DNA of 64,000 nucleotides, taken from an uncultured virus (IMG/VR IMGVR_UViG_3300024306_000016) (lineage: Duplodnaviria > Heunggongvirae > Uroviricota > Caudoviricetes). Below the pieces are notes generated by a model that did not search any database, was not told where the DNA came from, and saw nothing but the letters and a program-made list of their open reading frames with translations. This document shows, one piece after another, positions 54,394 through 63,877 of the stretch (position 1 is the first letter of the stretch; every line of letters begins with the position of its first letter). Location: the IMG/VR virus record IMGVR_UViG_3300024306_000016, one strand, 5' to 3'. A program made the position numbers and the translations under genes.

Positions 54394-55098
54394 CTATGTC
54401 AAATTTTTGCTTTCTAGGCTCAGTTCTTGGTCTTCCAACTCACGTATCTTGTCTGTGAGCTTGTCGATGACTCCCAGATTGCGCAGTTTCTTGAACACTA
54501 GATTTTCTGTGCTCCATTCACCGGCACGTTCCAATCCTGCCTTGCGCATATTGGTTATACGTTCTTTCATGGACTCGATCTTGTCCAAACTGCCAGAACT
54601 TATAGCAGCATCTACATCATGTACTATAGATTCTAGTTTACGCTCTACAGCACTGTCATCAGTTGGTGGCTGTGTCTTGCTGGGTTCTTTGATCCACTGA
54701 CCATGTGCTACGCTATAGACTCCGGTGCTGTGATGTGCTTCATTTTCGCCCTGCACATAACATTCTACGGGAATACCACGTATGCTGATATTGTGATGTT
54801 CTCCCCACAGTGCCTTCTTTGCAGAAAATAACTCACGCATAGCTTCACTGACATCACCGCGGACGATCAAGTGTAGATCTAGATCGCTAAACTTGGTCCA
54901 CGAATAGTTAGCGTTTGATCCAGTTACAGTATAGTCAACTACGGGTAGATCTACACCGATAAACTCTTCGAACTTTTCTGCTATCTTGATCAACTTGTGT
55001 GATACTTCAGGAAGTAGATCACTGCCCGACCAAATCTTGGGATTTAGTTTAGAGTTGACAGTTACAAAATGTCCAGCCTTGAACTCAGAAAGCCTCAT
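54394..55098 (-). CDS. Pol-beta superfamily nucleotidyltransferase
   Basis: TGSNANY.W...SDLDLH, PVECY; MRLSEF N-terminus. Confidence 0.75.
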   Translation of the reverse strand: MRLSEFKAGHFVTVNSKLNPKIWSGSDLLPEVSHKLIKIAEKFEEFIGVDLPVVDYTVTGSNANYSWTKFSDLDLHLIVRGDVSEAMRELFSAKKALWGEHHNISIRGIPVECYVQGENEAHHSTGVYSVAHGQWIKEPSKTQPPTDDSAVERKLESIVHDVDAAISSGSLDKIESMKERITNMRKAGLERAGEWSTENLVFKKLRNLGVIDKLTDKIRELEDQELSLESKNLT

Positions 55099-55485
55099 TT
55101 AAACTCCGTATTTGTTACGTTTTGGCTTGGCCACAGGACTGGTCTTATTAGTGCCTTTGTTCTCTTCGCTTTTGCCGCGAGCAATAAGACCTTTATGATC
55201 TGTTGGAATCGTAGCGATCGCTTGGTTAACCATCATCGCTTCTAAGTCGCTGTATGGGAATGCGATATTGTATTTTTCGTACCAGCTAGCTGCATCCATG
55301 TCAACAGGTTTTTTACTTTTACCGTCAGCCATAGCCATAGCCATCATCATACGATTTAAGTGATAAACACGGTCATACCCACCCACGTCACGAGTTAGCT
55401 GAACGCCGCCGTGTCCTTTGTCAACGAGATCTTTGGGTACATCGCCCGTGACTTTTCCTTCGCTGATAACGTCTTTGATTCTCAT
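55099..55485 (-). CDS. putative virion protein
   Basis: MRIKDVISE, 5 nt after TAAATA; SPVAK.K.NKYGV tail. Confidence 0.6.
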   Translation of the reverse strand: MRIKDVISEGKVTGDVPKDLVDKGHGGVQLTRDVGGYDRVYHLNRMMMAMAMADGKSKKPVDMDAASWYEKYNIAFPYSDLEAMMVNQAIATIPTDHKGLIARGKSEENKGTNKTSPVAKPKRNKYGV

Positions 55486-55489
55486 ATTA

Positions 55490-55726
55490 CTATTTAGCCC
55501 ATCGCAAATAATAGTCTGTAAGGGCATCATCACGATAAAACTCAGCTACTAGCGTGAGTCTTTCGTTGAGTTTATCTACTACTAGCTGGCAGCGTTCTGG
55601 GGGCTGTTTTAGAAGCCAGTTTACCTGATCAGTGCCTATTTCTGCGTGTACTTTAGGCCAGGGTATGTCTATTAGATCTGTTACCCTGTTTTCCCAGTTA
55701 TAAAGATTGATTCTCTTATTCTTCAT
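55490..55726 (-). CDS. hypothetical protein
   Basis: Overlaps the helicase stop. Confidence 0.6.
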   Translation of the reverse strand: MKNKRINLYNWENRVTDLIDIPWPKVHAEIGTDQVNWLLKQPPERCQLVVDKLNERLTLVAEFYRDDALTDYYLRWAK

Positions 55727-57131
55727 CTGAGTTCATGCTACTTAGAATCTCACGCAGCTTCGTGGATTCTACATTGGCACGAACTTTGCCTAGACTAGAA
55801 CCCTGATCGGGTTCTTCTCTAGGTTGTACTTCCGTCTTACGTTTAATGGAATCAATGATGCTGCTTGCGCCTCTGCTTGTGGCGCCTGAGTGTTCTTGTT
55901 CTTCTTCTGGCAGATCTGAAATCTTCAAGCTCTCTAGATTAAACTCTAGATCTACTTTCATACCTACACCACTACTGCTACGTGTTTTCATCAACTGTAT
56001 CTGATAGCGTCCACGCTCACGCATAGCACGACTTGTAAAGATACCAAACACATTATCTGCTGTCTGGATCTTTGACAGACCGCCCGAAATATGACTATGA
56101 TCAAACTCTACTTCTTCTACAGCACCACGATTTAACTGTGCGGCAGTTACTAGTATGCAGTTCTTTTCTACAGCCAAATTTCTAAGTTCTTCTGAAACGT
56201 ACTTGTCTTTGATAAACAGGTCTGCTGGGCTAATCTTCTTGCTAACAGGCATCAATAAGTCTAGATAGTCTACTAGCAGTACATCTACTTTACGTCCTGT
56301 TTTGATTTCAAACTCTTTGAGATATGCTCTTAGATCATTAGCAGTCTTTCCACTGGGCATATACTTGATCTGCATAGCGCCAGACTTCTTGCCGATGATC
56401 TTGACTTTCATTTCTACGTCATCTAGATCACGGAAAATCTCTTTAGTTGGTATGCCTGTGAGCATGGCATCGATACGCATACTAACAAGTTCTTCTGAAA
56501 GTTCTAGTGTCAGGTACACTACATTTAAACCCTGTAGTGCCCAGTTCACACCTAGGTTCGCTAAGAATAAGCTCTTACCTGCACCAGATCCACCCGCAAA
56601 GATATTCAACTCTCCACGGTTCATACCACCAAACAATCTCTTATCTAACGTCGGCCAACCTGTAGATATCTGACCATTCTTATCCTTGATACGCATGAGT
56701 CGACTTCTAGGATCAGCAAAATAGTCTGTGCCCATGTCCTTGGCTAGACCTATCTGTACTGCCTCTTTGATCATGACTTCTACCTGACCATAGTCATGTT
56801 TTTCTAATAGGTCTGCAGAGTTAATGATCGCACGTTCAAGTGCCTTGTGCCTAGTGAACTGCTCGAACTCATCCATGAGCCAATCCATGTGGCCATCTTT
56901 GACGTCTTCGGGTTTTTCTAATGAAACATTGCAGGTAGCATTGACCATTGCATAGTCTGGCAACACACTATATTGCTTGGCATATTCGTTGACAAACTCT
57001 GCGGCATCTTGTAGTTTCCGATCAAACAATGTGTGGTCAAAGATGCCTTGGCATCTGACGAAAACCTCTGCATCTGCTAGCATCAGTTCTAGGTATAGTT
57101 TTTGTACTTCGTATCCGTAATCTTTAATCAT
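55716..57131 (-). CDS. replicative DnaB/gp41-like helicase
   Basis: GGSGAGKS, TLELSE, VDYLDL, TAAQLNR, KTR. Confidence 0.93.
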   Translation of the reverse strand: MIKDYGYEVQKLYLELMLADAEVFVRCQGIFDHTLFDRKLQDAAEFVNEYAKQYSVLPDYAMVNATCNVSLEKPEDVKDGHMDWLMDEFEQFTRHKALERAIINSADLLEKHDYGQVEVMIKEAVQIGLAKDMGTDYFADPRSRLMRIKDKNGQISTGWPTLDKRLFGGMNRGELNIFAGGSGAGKSLFLANLGVNWALQGLNVVYLTLELSEELVSMRIDAMLTGIPTKEIFRDLDDVEMKVKIIGKKSGAMQIKYMPSGKTANDLRAYLKEFEIKTGRKVDVLLVDYLDLLMPVSKKISPADLFIKDKYVSEELRNLAVEKNCILVTAAQLNRGAVEEVEFDHSHISGGLSKIQTADNVFGIFTSRAMRERGRYQIQLMKTRSSSGVGMKVDLEFNLESLKISDLPEEEQEHSGATSRGASSIIDSIKRKTEVQPREEPDQGSSLGKVRANVESTKLREILSSMNSDEE

Positions 57132-57148
57132 AGTTATTATTATATACT

Positions 57149-58612
57149 CTAGTTAAACACAGGTAAACCATATTTTTGACTCCAACGCTCAGAATCTTCT
57201 ATGTCGTTTACCATAGGCTCTCCCTTGATATTAAGACTGGTGTTTAACAGCATTGGACAGCCTGTACGTGCATACCATATCTCTAAGAGTCGTCTAAATG
57301 GAGATCCGTCTTTTTCAACTGTCTGTACACGAGAAGTCCCGTCAACGTGAACGATAGCAGGATAAAGCTCAGGATTCCTGCACTTAGCGACCATTTGCAT
57401 ATAAGGACTGCGGCCACCAGGGATATCAAAATAATCATTAGATAACTCAGCCAAAACTGCAGGGGCAAAGGGTCTAAATTTTTGTCTTCGTTTAATATCA
57501 TTTACTCTTTCCTTTATATCATTACCTCTGGGATCTGCAATAAGACTTCTATTGCCTAGTGCTCTAGGTCCAAACTCTGCACGACCCCTAGCTAGTCCAC
57601 AAATCTTATGTTCTATAAGATAATCGACGATATGTTCTTCAGTAGTGTGATATCCCATATCGTAGCCCAAGAATGGTTCATCCCAATAGGTACCAAACCG
57701 CCAAACAGGATGATGTGCCAATACTGCGCCGATAGCTGATCCACTGTCGCCAGGACTAGGATAGATCCATAGTTTATCAAAATATCGATATACTAATCTA
57801 TTGGCCACACAGTTTAAGGCACAGCCGCCCATGAGAACGAGATTTTCACAATCTACTAACTCTCTTGCTTTCTTTAGCGCAGTCATGAATAATGTTTCAT
57901 ATACTTTCTGCGTGGCAGAAGCTATATCAAAGTTAGCGTCTTCTAAGAGTTCAGGAGCCCAAGTCTTACAGCCTCTATGCAGATTATCTTTAAACTCAAA
58001 ACGATCAGCATTCCTAATAAAGTCATCGTATACTTTGTTAGTCAGGCTATCATCGCCATACGCTGACATGCCCATTAGGATATATTCTTCTTCATTGGGC
58101 TTTAGTCCCACACGTTGCGTCATAGCACTGTACCATAGGCCTATAGAGTTAGGATATCTTTGGCTGTATACCTTCTTAAGTTCTAATCCGTCAGCTTTCC
58201 ATATCGTTAGTGTTTCAAACTCACCGATAGCATCAATCACGAGAACACAAGCGCGATCAAATGGACTAGTAAAATAACCAGCAGCGGCGTGACTACGATG
58301 ATGATCAGTGTAACGAATAGGTGCATTGATATTATATGTACTAAGGTACCTCTTGATATTATTTTCTTTTATATTTTCAATCTGTCCTGCAAATAGCTGT
58401 CGTATACTTTTCTTTAGCGGGTTCTCATACCAATAGATGCGTCCTGGTTTACCCCATCGTTGTTCTGCGTATGCGATCATAGAATAATCCAGATGCGGAT
58501 CATTCTTGACACCACTAAATCTTTCGCTTTGGCTAGCGAATGCTAGTTTCTCGTCACAGAATACTGCTAGAGCAGCATCATGACTGTTTGCTGAAATACC
58601 CCAAGTAATCAT
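57149..58612 (-). CDS. NodU/CmcH family carbamoyltransferase
   Basis: HDAA, SERFS, HHRSHA, DAIGE, GGCALN, EFGPRALGNRS, FRPFAP, HVDGTSR, LNTSLN. Confidence 0.92.
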   Translation of the reverse strand: MITWGISANSHDAALAVFCDEKLAFASQSERFSGVKNDPHLDYSMIAYAEQRWGKPGRIYWYENPLKKSIRQLFAGQIENIKENNIKRYLSTYNINAPIRYTDHHRSHAAAGYFTSPFDRACVLVIDAIGEFETLTIWKADGLELKKVYSQRYPNSIGLWYSAMTQRVGLKPNEEEYILMGMSAYGDDSLTNKVYDDFIRNADRFEFKDNLHRGCKTWAPELLEDANFDIASATQKVYETLFMTALKKARELVDCENLVLMGGCALNCVANRLVYRYFDKLWIYPSPGDSGSAIGAVLAHHPVWRFGTYWDEPFLGYDMGYHTTEEHIVDYLIEHKICGLARGRAEFGPRALGNRSLIADPRGNDIKERVNDIKRRQKFRPFAPAVLAELSNDYFDIPGGRSPYMQMVAKCRNPELYPAIVHVDGTSRVQTVEKDGSPFRRLLEIWYARTGCPMLLNTSLNIKGEPMVNDIEDSERWSQKYGLPVFN

Positions 58613-58713
58613 TTGTAAATGAACGGATCCTTATCTTTTAGTCTGGCTACTTTCTTTCTAAAAGCTCTCAGTTCTCTCCATTCACGAAACCACTTTAACC
58701 ATTTTTTAATCAT
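58609..58713 (-). CDS. small basic protein (34 aa, not in track)
   Basis: MIKKWLKWFREWRELRAFRKKVARLKDKDPFIYK, coupled to both neighbours. Confidence 0.6.
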   Translation of the reverse strand: MIKKWLKWFREWRELRAFRKKVARLKDKDPFIYK

Positions 58714-59718
58714 TTATTTCTCTAGATTGTTTTTAAATTTATTCATAGCCATCGTTATTTTTATCTTGCCTTTTTGAGCTGTTTTGATAGCGTCAACTAT
58801 GACAAATAGTTTTCCATATTTAAGCACAGCATCTGCAGGATCTTTGACATCAATATCCCAGTTAGGAAACGCCACAGACCAATCATAATCTATGGCTTTC
58901 TTTATTAGATTTAGCCCTGCTTCATCTTGATCCGGAATAACGATAACTTCTGCACCCAGGCTGTTTATGATACGTGCCTGCTGATCTGCTATATCATTGG
59001 TTAGCAAAGCTACACCTCCTACTGATATAGCATCAAACGGGCCTTCACATACAAAGAGATATTTTTGATCCTCTTCTTGAGAATCGATATTAAAGACAAA
59101 ATGTGGATGTTGATCAGAAAGATACTTTGGTTTTCCTTCAGTGACCTTACGTGCTGTGTTACCAACAACGACACCATTATAAAAGAATGGAATGATCACA
59201 CGATTCTCATACCCTGCTTCAGGACTCCAATGATACAAAGGATCAGTTGGATCTAGTCCTCTATTAGTTAGATATTCTACAACTTCTGCTATCTTAATGC
59301 CGTACTCTTCAGGCAAACAAGGATGTTCAGCCCACTCTGTTAGTGGAGCACTTCCTTCGGGTAGTTTTTTAGGAGTGAAGCTAACTGCTTCTTTGACTTC
59401 GTGTACATAGTCTGGCGCTTCTGTTTTTAATGCTTCAAAGACTAACGTCTTGATATCATCTTCAGTGGCACCGAGCCAACGACATAGAGCTTTTAGTTTT
59501 TCTGATATTGGGCGACCCGGTTGCCAACTTGCACTAAACTTGCAGTTGAAACAGTTGAATACTATTCCTTGGTCAAACCTTACTCCACCACGTTTTCGAG
59601 TATCTGGACTATGGCCACGATGACCGCAACATGGGGCATTGAAACTAGTCCACCCAGAGGGAGTTGCCTTAGCACGGGGTGGGAGTAGTTTACGGAATGT
59701 ATCTATTACCAGAGTCAT
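58714..59718 (-). CDS. DNA primase (gp61-like)
   Basis: Zn finger NAPCC...NCFNC; TOPRIM CEGPFD and PDQD. Confidence 0.9.
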   Translation of the reverse strand: MTLVIDTFRKLLPPRAKATPSGWTSFNAPCCGHRGHSPDTRKRGGVRFDQGIVFNCFNCKFSASWQPGRPISEKLKALCRWLGATEDDIKTLVFEALKTEAPDYVHEVKEAVSFTPKKLPEGSAPLTEWAEHPCLPEEYGIKIAEVVEYLTNRGLDPTDPLYHWSPEAGYENRVIIPFFYNGVVVGNTARKVTEGKPKYLSDQHPHFVFNIDSQEEDQKYLFVCEGPFDAISVGGVALLTNDIADQQARIINSLGAEVIVIPDQDEAGLNLIKKAIDYDWSVAFPNWDIDVKDPADAVLKYGKLFVIVDAIKTAQKGKIKITMAMNKFKNNLEK

Positions 59719-59729
59719 ACTTTATTGTA

Positions 59730-60839
59730 TTATCTGTATAATAGTTTGTCAATACGTCCGCCTGTAGTTGGTAACATTGCTGGTGTTACAAAGTAAGTTC
59801 GATATCCAATCGGAGAAACGCCAGTCCAATTTACTTGAGCGATTCCGCCAATACCGGTGGTCGATGTTACCGTTAAGAAAAGATCATTGGTAGGAGATGT
59901 GCCGCCTAAAGAACGACCGTTAATAACGATTTGATCTCCAGTAGAATAACCTTGGCCTCCGTTATCGATGTCTACGATATAGTTTCCAAGAGTTGTTTGT
60001 TGCACGGTAAATGATGCATAGAAACCTTTGTTTGATCCAAAATATAATCTTAACCAAACCCACTTTCCTGTAACATTTTTATAAACTAGTGGTGTGTTTA
60101 GTATTTCAAAGTTATTGCCGCCAGGGCTAATAGAACTATCTGGAATATTAACCCATGATGATTCTCCCGGAACTGCACTCTCGTCTAGGCTTCCTTGTAT
60201 CAATACTTTACCGCTGTAGTTTGTTGAGTAGATTGCTAGGGTATGTAGACTCTGCGGAGTCTCTAGATAATGTCGTGTGTCGATTATACTGCTGACACTA
60301 TATGCAGGATTATCATATCCAGTGACCCATGGATTGATATAGTTAAACTTTGTTATCTCGAGACTGTCATGTATTTCACCAGCAACATCATTTGATATTT
60401 CTAAAGTTCCGCTGGCACCATACTGTGCATCAGTGTACAATGGTGTTCTACTGCTAACTCTGTAGCCGTCGCCTTCTACTTGTCTTATTTCTTGAATGAC
60501 ACTGTAGTTGTACATTCCTGGGTCTAGTGTGGCTAGATCGCTTTCACCTAAGGTGACATATACCTTGCCTGAACTGTTTGCTACAGTCATGCAGTCTTTC
60601 TGGACCACTAAATCTCTGGTCTCTCTTCCTACGATGTTAAATACCAAAACAGATCCAGTAATATCGGCGGCTTTTTCGTCGCTGTTACGGACCTGCAGAT
60701 CGATGCGATTGTCGACACCTCGATATACTTTTAGGTTGCGGTTGTACACTCTACGATACCTCTCTGTTTTCCAGGAAGCTAACGCATTGGTAAAAACATC
60801 TATTTTATTTGGATATAAATAAACTGGGTTAAGTTGCAT
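59730..60839 (-). CDS. putative baseplate/virion structural protein
   Basis: KVYRGVDN.I...V.N.D.K (BppU-like); GG.GY..GD.I.I.G..LGG motif; TAAATA upstream. Confidence 0.55.
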   Translation of the reverse strand: MQLNPVYLYPNKIDVFTNALASWKTERYRRVYNRNLKVYRGVDNRIDLQVRNSDEKAADITGSVLVFNIVGRETRDLVVQKDCMTVANSSGKVYVTLGESDLATLDPGMYNYSVIQEIRQVEGDGYRVSSRTPLYTDAQYGASGTLEISNDVAGEIHDSLEITKFNYINPWVTGYDNPAYSVSSIIDTRHYLETPQSLHTLAIYSTNYSGKVLIQGSLDESAVPGESSWVNIPDSSISPGGNNFEILNTPLVYKNVTGKWVWLRLYFGSNKGFYASFTVQQTTLGNYIVDIDNGGQGYSTGDQIVINGRSLGGTSPTNDLFLTVTSTTGIGGIAQVNWTGVSPIGYRTYFVTPAMLPTTGGRIDKLLYR

Positions 60840-60868
60840 ACATTAGCGGACCTTTATAGTATTTATCG

Positions 60869-61240
60869 ATGAGAATAACAGAAAACTTACAAGAAAACTT
60901 TCCATTCATAAGTATCCTAACCCACGTAAATCAGGAATACGTGGGGATAATAATCAATCAGGATGCTCAAGTTACCAGCATCTACGATTATTCATCTATT
61001 CGCACAGAAGCTGAAAAAGCCAAGTTCTTAGAGCTAGGAGAAGCTTGGTGGTGGGAGTCTAATAGACAAATACCTATCAATATTTTCCTAAACAAAGAAA
61101 TAATACAGTTTAGGTACGTTATTAGGAACTTTGCTACCAAAGATGTAAAGGTAGTACTAGGGCCATGTACTAGCCTTAATGATATAATCGTTAAACGTAT
61201 TAAACGTAAATCGATTACTTTGGTGCGAAAAGCACCTTAA
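60869..61240 (+). CDS. conserved phage hypothetical protein
   Basis: FPF.S......EYVGII.N, WWWESNRQIPINIFL. Confidence 0.75.
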   Translation: MRITENLQENFPFISILTHVNQEYVGIIINQDAQVTSIYDYSSIRTEAEKAKFLELGEAWWWESNRQIPINIFLNKEIIQFRYVIRNFATKDVKVVLGPCTSLNDIIVKRIKRKSITLVRKAP

Positions 61241-61815
61241 CTATATCCATAACTGATCTGCTCGCAGATTAGATTCATCTGTACTGCTACAGCAGTGGCA
61301 TACGCTACAGCGTGGCTCTTCTTGAAATAGTAGTCACCGTTCGTCGGCTTCTTCCATATCTCCGCACCAATCTCGCTCCAGGTCTTCCCTTGTAGGTGCC
61401 GTTTGCCCGGGCGTATCAAAGACAAGCACATTGCCAACTCTTCGATACTTCGGGGTTTCATCTGTTTCATCAATGAACTGTGCCCATTTACGTGAAACAG
61501 TAAGTCCGTGAATTCTTCTTGTTCCAGTAGATCCCATAGTGGTTCAGTCTCCATCAGTTTCTTGAGATGCTCTTCATCTCGGATGCCTTTGTAGATACTT
61601 ACATTTAAAAAATCTATTTTAAAATAACCACGTTCCTCTGCTTCTTCATACGGTACTGCACACATACCGTTTTCTGCATTCATAGGTACTTCGTGAAAGT
61701 ATACTCCTGTATTATGTTTTACAAGAGAACCATCTTCGATTCGACTAGCACGTATATGTTTGAACAACTTTAGTGCTTGGTCTCTATCAACGAAATCTAT
61801 GTCAATGTCCGGCAT
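61237..61815 (-). CDS. dnaE: minimal C-family DNA polymerase (DnaE palm/fingers fragment)
   Basis: MPDIDIDF, HNTGV, GYFKIDFL, LIRPG, Y.FKKSHAVAY. Confidence 0.8.
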   Translation of the reverse strand: MPDIDIDFVDRDQALKLFKHIRASRIEDGSLVKHNTGVYFHEVPMNAENGMCAVPYEEAEERGYFKIDFLNVSIYKGIRDEEHLKKLMETEPLWDLLEQEEFTDLLFHVNGHSSLMKQMKPRSIEELAMCLSLIRPGKRHLQGKTWSEIGAEIWKKPTNGDYYFKKSHAVAYATAVAVQMNLICEQISYGYS

Positions 61816-61988
61816 GTATTAACTTTTTTCCAACTTTGATTTCCATCAGTAATGTATCCAGTATAACGCTCTCCAGTCTCTAAGTCAACCAATAACCATT
61901 TTTCTGGACATTTCGTTTTAACGGTAAGGATTTTTGGTTCCTCAAGTTCTTGAACTTCAGAACCATCTTGTAACTTTCTGGTTTTCAT
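61797..61988 (-). CDS. hypothetical protein
   Basis: KTKCPEKW.LVD.ETG. Confidence 0.6.
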   Translation of the reverse strand: MKTRKLQDGSEVQELEEPKILTVKTKCPEKWLLVDLETGERYTGYITDGNQSWKKVNTCRTLT

Positions 61989-62212
61989 TACTGCAATCTC
62001 GTCGTTTCGAATAATAGTAGAGGTAACGTGTCAGCTAAAAACTGTGCATACTCTTCAGCATCTTCTTCGTCTTCGAAGCCACTAAACTTAACATATACAT
62101 CAGGTGATTCATTGCCAACGACTACTTCGATGTCTAGATCGTCTCTGGAAATAAACTCTTCGTTATCAGCCAGTTCTTCTTCTACTACTTCTTCTTTAGG
62201 TCTTTTAGGCAT
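61988..62212 (-). CDS. highly acidic small protein
   Basis: About 23 Asp/Glu in 74 aa. Confidence 0.65.
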   Translation of the reverse strand: MPKRPKEEVVEEELADNEEFISRDDLDIEVVVGNESPDVYVKFSGFEDEEDAEEYAQFLADTLPLLLFETTRLQ

Positions 62213-62895
62213 TATAAAATTTTCGCTTCTTTAACAACGTCTTTGATGAGTTCGATATCAGCAGGCAGTGCTTTAAACCTTCGAATCCAGAACTGTGGAT
62301 CTATAATCGGGCCTATTATTTCTAACTGCTCATCGTTCATCCTAGACAACATCTCTTTCCCCGATTTGGTATTTAACACTAACCAAGGACTTACCAATCC
62401 TTCTCGGATATCGTGTGTGGCTCTGTTTAGATTGACGTATTGAAAATAATGCTCCCACGGTGCATTGTTAGCATCACCCCAATCCATCATAGTTTTAATA
62501 GATCGCTGTATAGCACCGTCTGCAGGCTCTTTTTTTACTAGTTCGCTAAGGTATTGTTCATAGAGTTCGTCTCGACACCAGTGATCTAGTTTCACTCCAC
62601 TCTTTACAACAAAATCAATAAACTGTTCAGGATATATAGGCGAGGTATTGATCAGAAAGCTGCCAAACTTAACGAATGCCGTGTAATAAGGACTGGCTTC
62701 AAACTCATCAAATGTCTTAGGAGTTTTATTCTTTTGTGCGACTTCATAGAACTTTTGAAACGTGAGAAGACCTGCTTGTACATGCCGTTCATTACGGCTG
62801 ATGTATCTACGCTTCTGCTCACAAAGGTGAACTACTAAAGTTTTTTCTTTAGCGAATAACTTACCGCAGTGTTCACACTTATAGTTTAAGTCCAT
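62212..62895 (-). CDS. zinc-finger protein in the replication cluster
   Basis: YKCEHCGKLF.....L..HLC; start moved to ATG 62895. Confidence 0.7.
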   Translation of the reverse strand: MDLNYKCEHCGKLFAKEKTLVVHLCEQKRRYISRNERHVQAGLLTFQKFYEVAQKNKTPKTFDEFEASPYYTAFVKFGSFLINTSPIYPEQFIDFVVKSGVKLDHWCRDELYEQYLSELVKKEPADGAIQRSIKTMMDWGDANNAPWEHYFQYVNLNRATHDIREGLVSPWLVLNTKSGKEMLSRMNDEQLEIIGPIIDPQFWIRRFKALPADIELIKDVVKEAKIL

Positions 62896-63358
62896 TGATT
62901 TCTTTTTTATCCCAACCAAGTGTCTCACAGTATTCCTTTATCTCTTTATCTGTAGTGATAGCGGCCAATGCAGAAATATCATCAAGTTTCATATTGGGAA
63001 ACAGTTCCGATAAAACTTCTTCTTTGCGATTCTTAACTTTCTTTAAAGGAATCCATTCGTGAAAATGTGCTTTCTTAGATTCATGACTACATGCCACTAG
63101 AGTAAGCCATTGTAGCTTTGGGTGTGCGCTGATCTCATTCCAGTTCTTGTTGTAGTATTCATTAACTGTTAGGAGATAATGCTCTTGTAGTTCAGAGTTG
63201 CTGGTTTTAACACTGCTGATATATCTATTAAGATTGAAGAGGTCGCCTTTGATTTCTTTGCGACCTTCATCAGTGGCGGCATCCCAAAGCTCTTTGATAC
63301 CCATATCAACAGCAGGTATCATATCTTTGAATAGGTCTACGTGTTTATTCTTGCCCAT
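62879..63358 (-). CDS. clamp loader small subunit (gp62-like), tentative
   Basis: F.LNRYISS...NE..N......HPKLQW pattern and context. Confidence 0.5.
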   Translation of the reverse strand: MGKNKHVDLFKDMIPAVDMGIKELWDAATDEGRKEIKGDLFNLNRYISSVKTSNSELQEHYLLTVNEYYNKNWNEISAHPKLQWLTLVACSHESKKAHFHEWIPLKKVKNRKEEVLSELFPNMKLDDISALAAITTDKEIKEYCETLGWDKKEINGLKL

Positions 63359-63629
63359 CTTTCTTACTCAGCTCATATATTATTTTAGCACGATCTAATG
63401 CGTCTTGCAAGTTTTTGTTGGTTTTTGCCGCCAATCGTATCTCGTGCCACAGTTGATTTTCTAATACAGTTTCTCTCGCGGTACCTCGAACTCTTGCAGG
63501 ATTATCTTCAAGTTGCCAGTCATAACCTATCACGATGCGACTGCTAGGATCAGACCCCATCTCTCTGGCATAGACCGTACCACCTTGTCTTTCGTAGATA
63601 TAAGTTGCGCCCGGTTTTAACGATCCCAT
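63345..63629 (-). CDS. hypothetical protein
   Basis: YIYER.GGTVYARE. Confidence 0.65.
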   Translation of the reverse strand: MGSLKPGATYIYERQGGTVYAREMGSDPSSRIVIGYDWQLEDNPARVRGTARETVLENQLWHEIRLAAKTNKNLQDALDRAKIIYELSKKDGQE

Positions 63630-63877
63630 CTCAGTTCTCCTTTAAGAGCTTTGGTCATAAAAGTTTCCTTGGAATAGCAACGAAACTCTACTACCGCTTC
63701 AGTCGGTCCTGGGTATAGGGCCACGCCATGGTATGCAGGCACGAACCATAGAATTTTTTTCGTGATATGACATTTCTTTGGAAGCCAACAAAACTCTTTT
63801 TTCCATGCAGCAGTACGTTCGAACCCATCGTAGTTTTCACCCCAATATCTCCTACTTGTATCTGTGCCTGGTATCAT
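63617..63877 (-). CDS. hypothetical protein
   Basis: W.P.KC..T....W motif. Confidence 0.6.
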   Translation of the reverse strand: MIPGTDTSRRYWGENYDGFERTAAWKKEFCWLPKKCHITKKILWFVPAYHGVALYPGPTEAVVEFRCYSKETFMTKALKGELRWDR

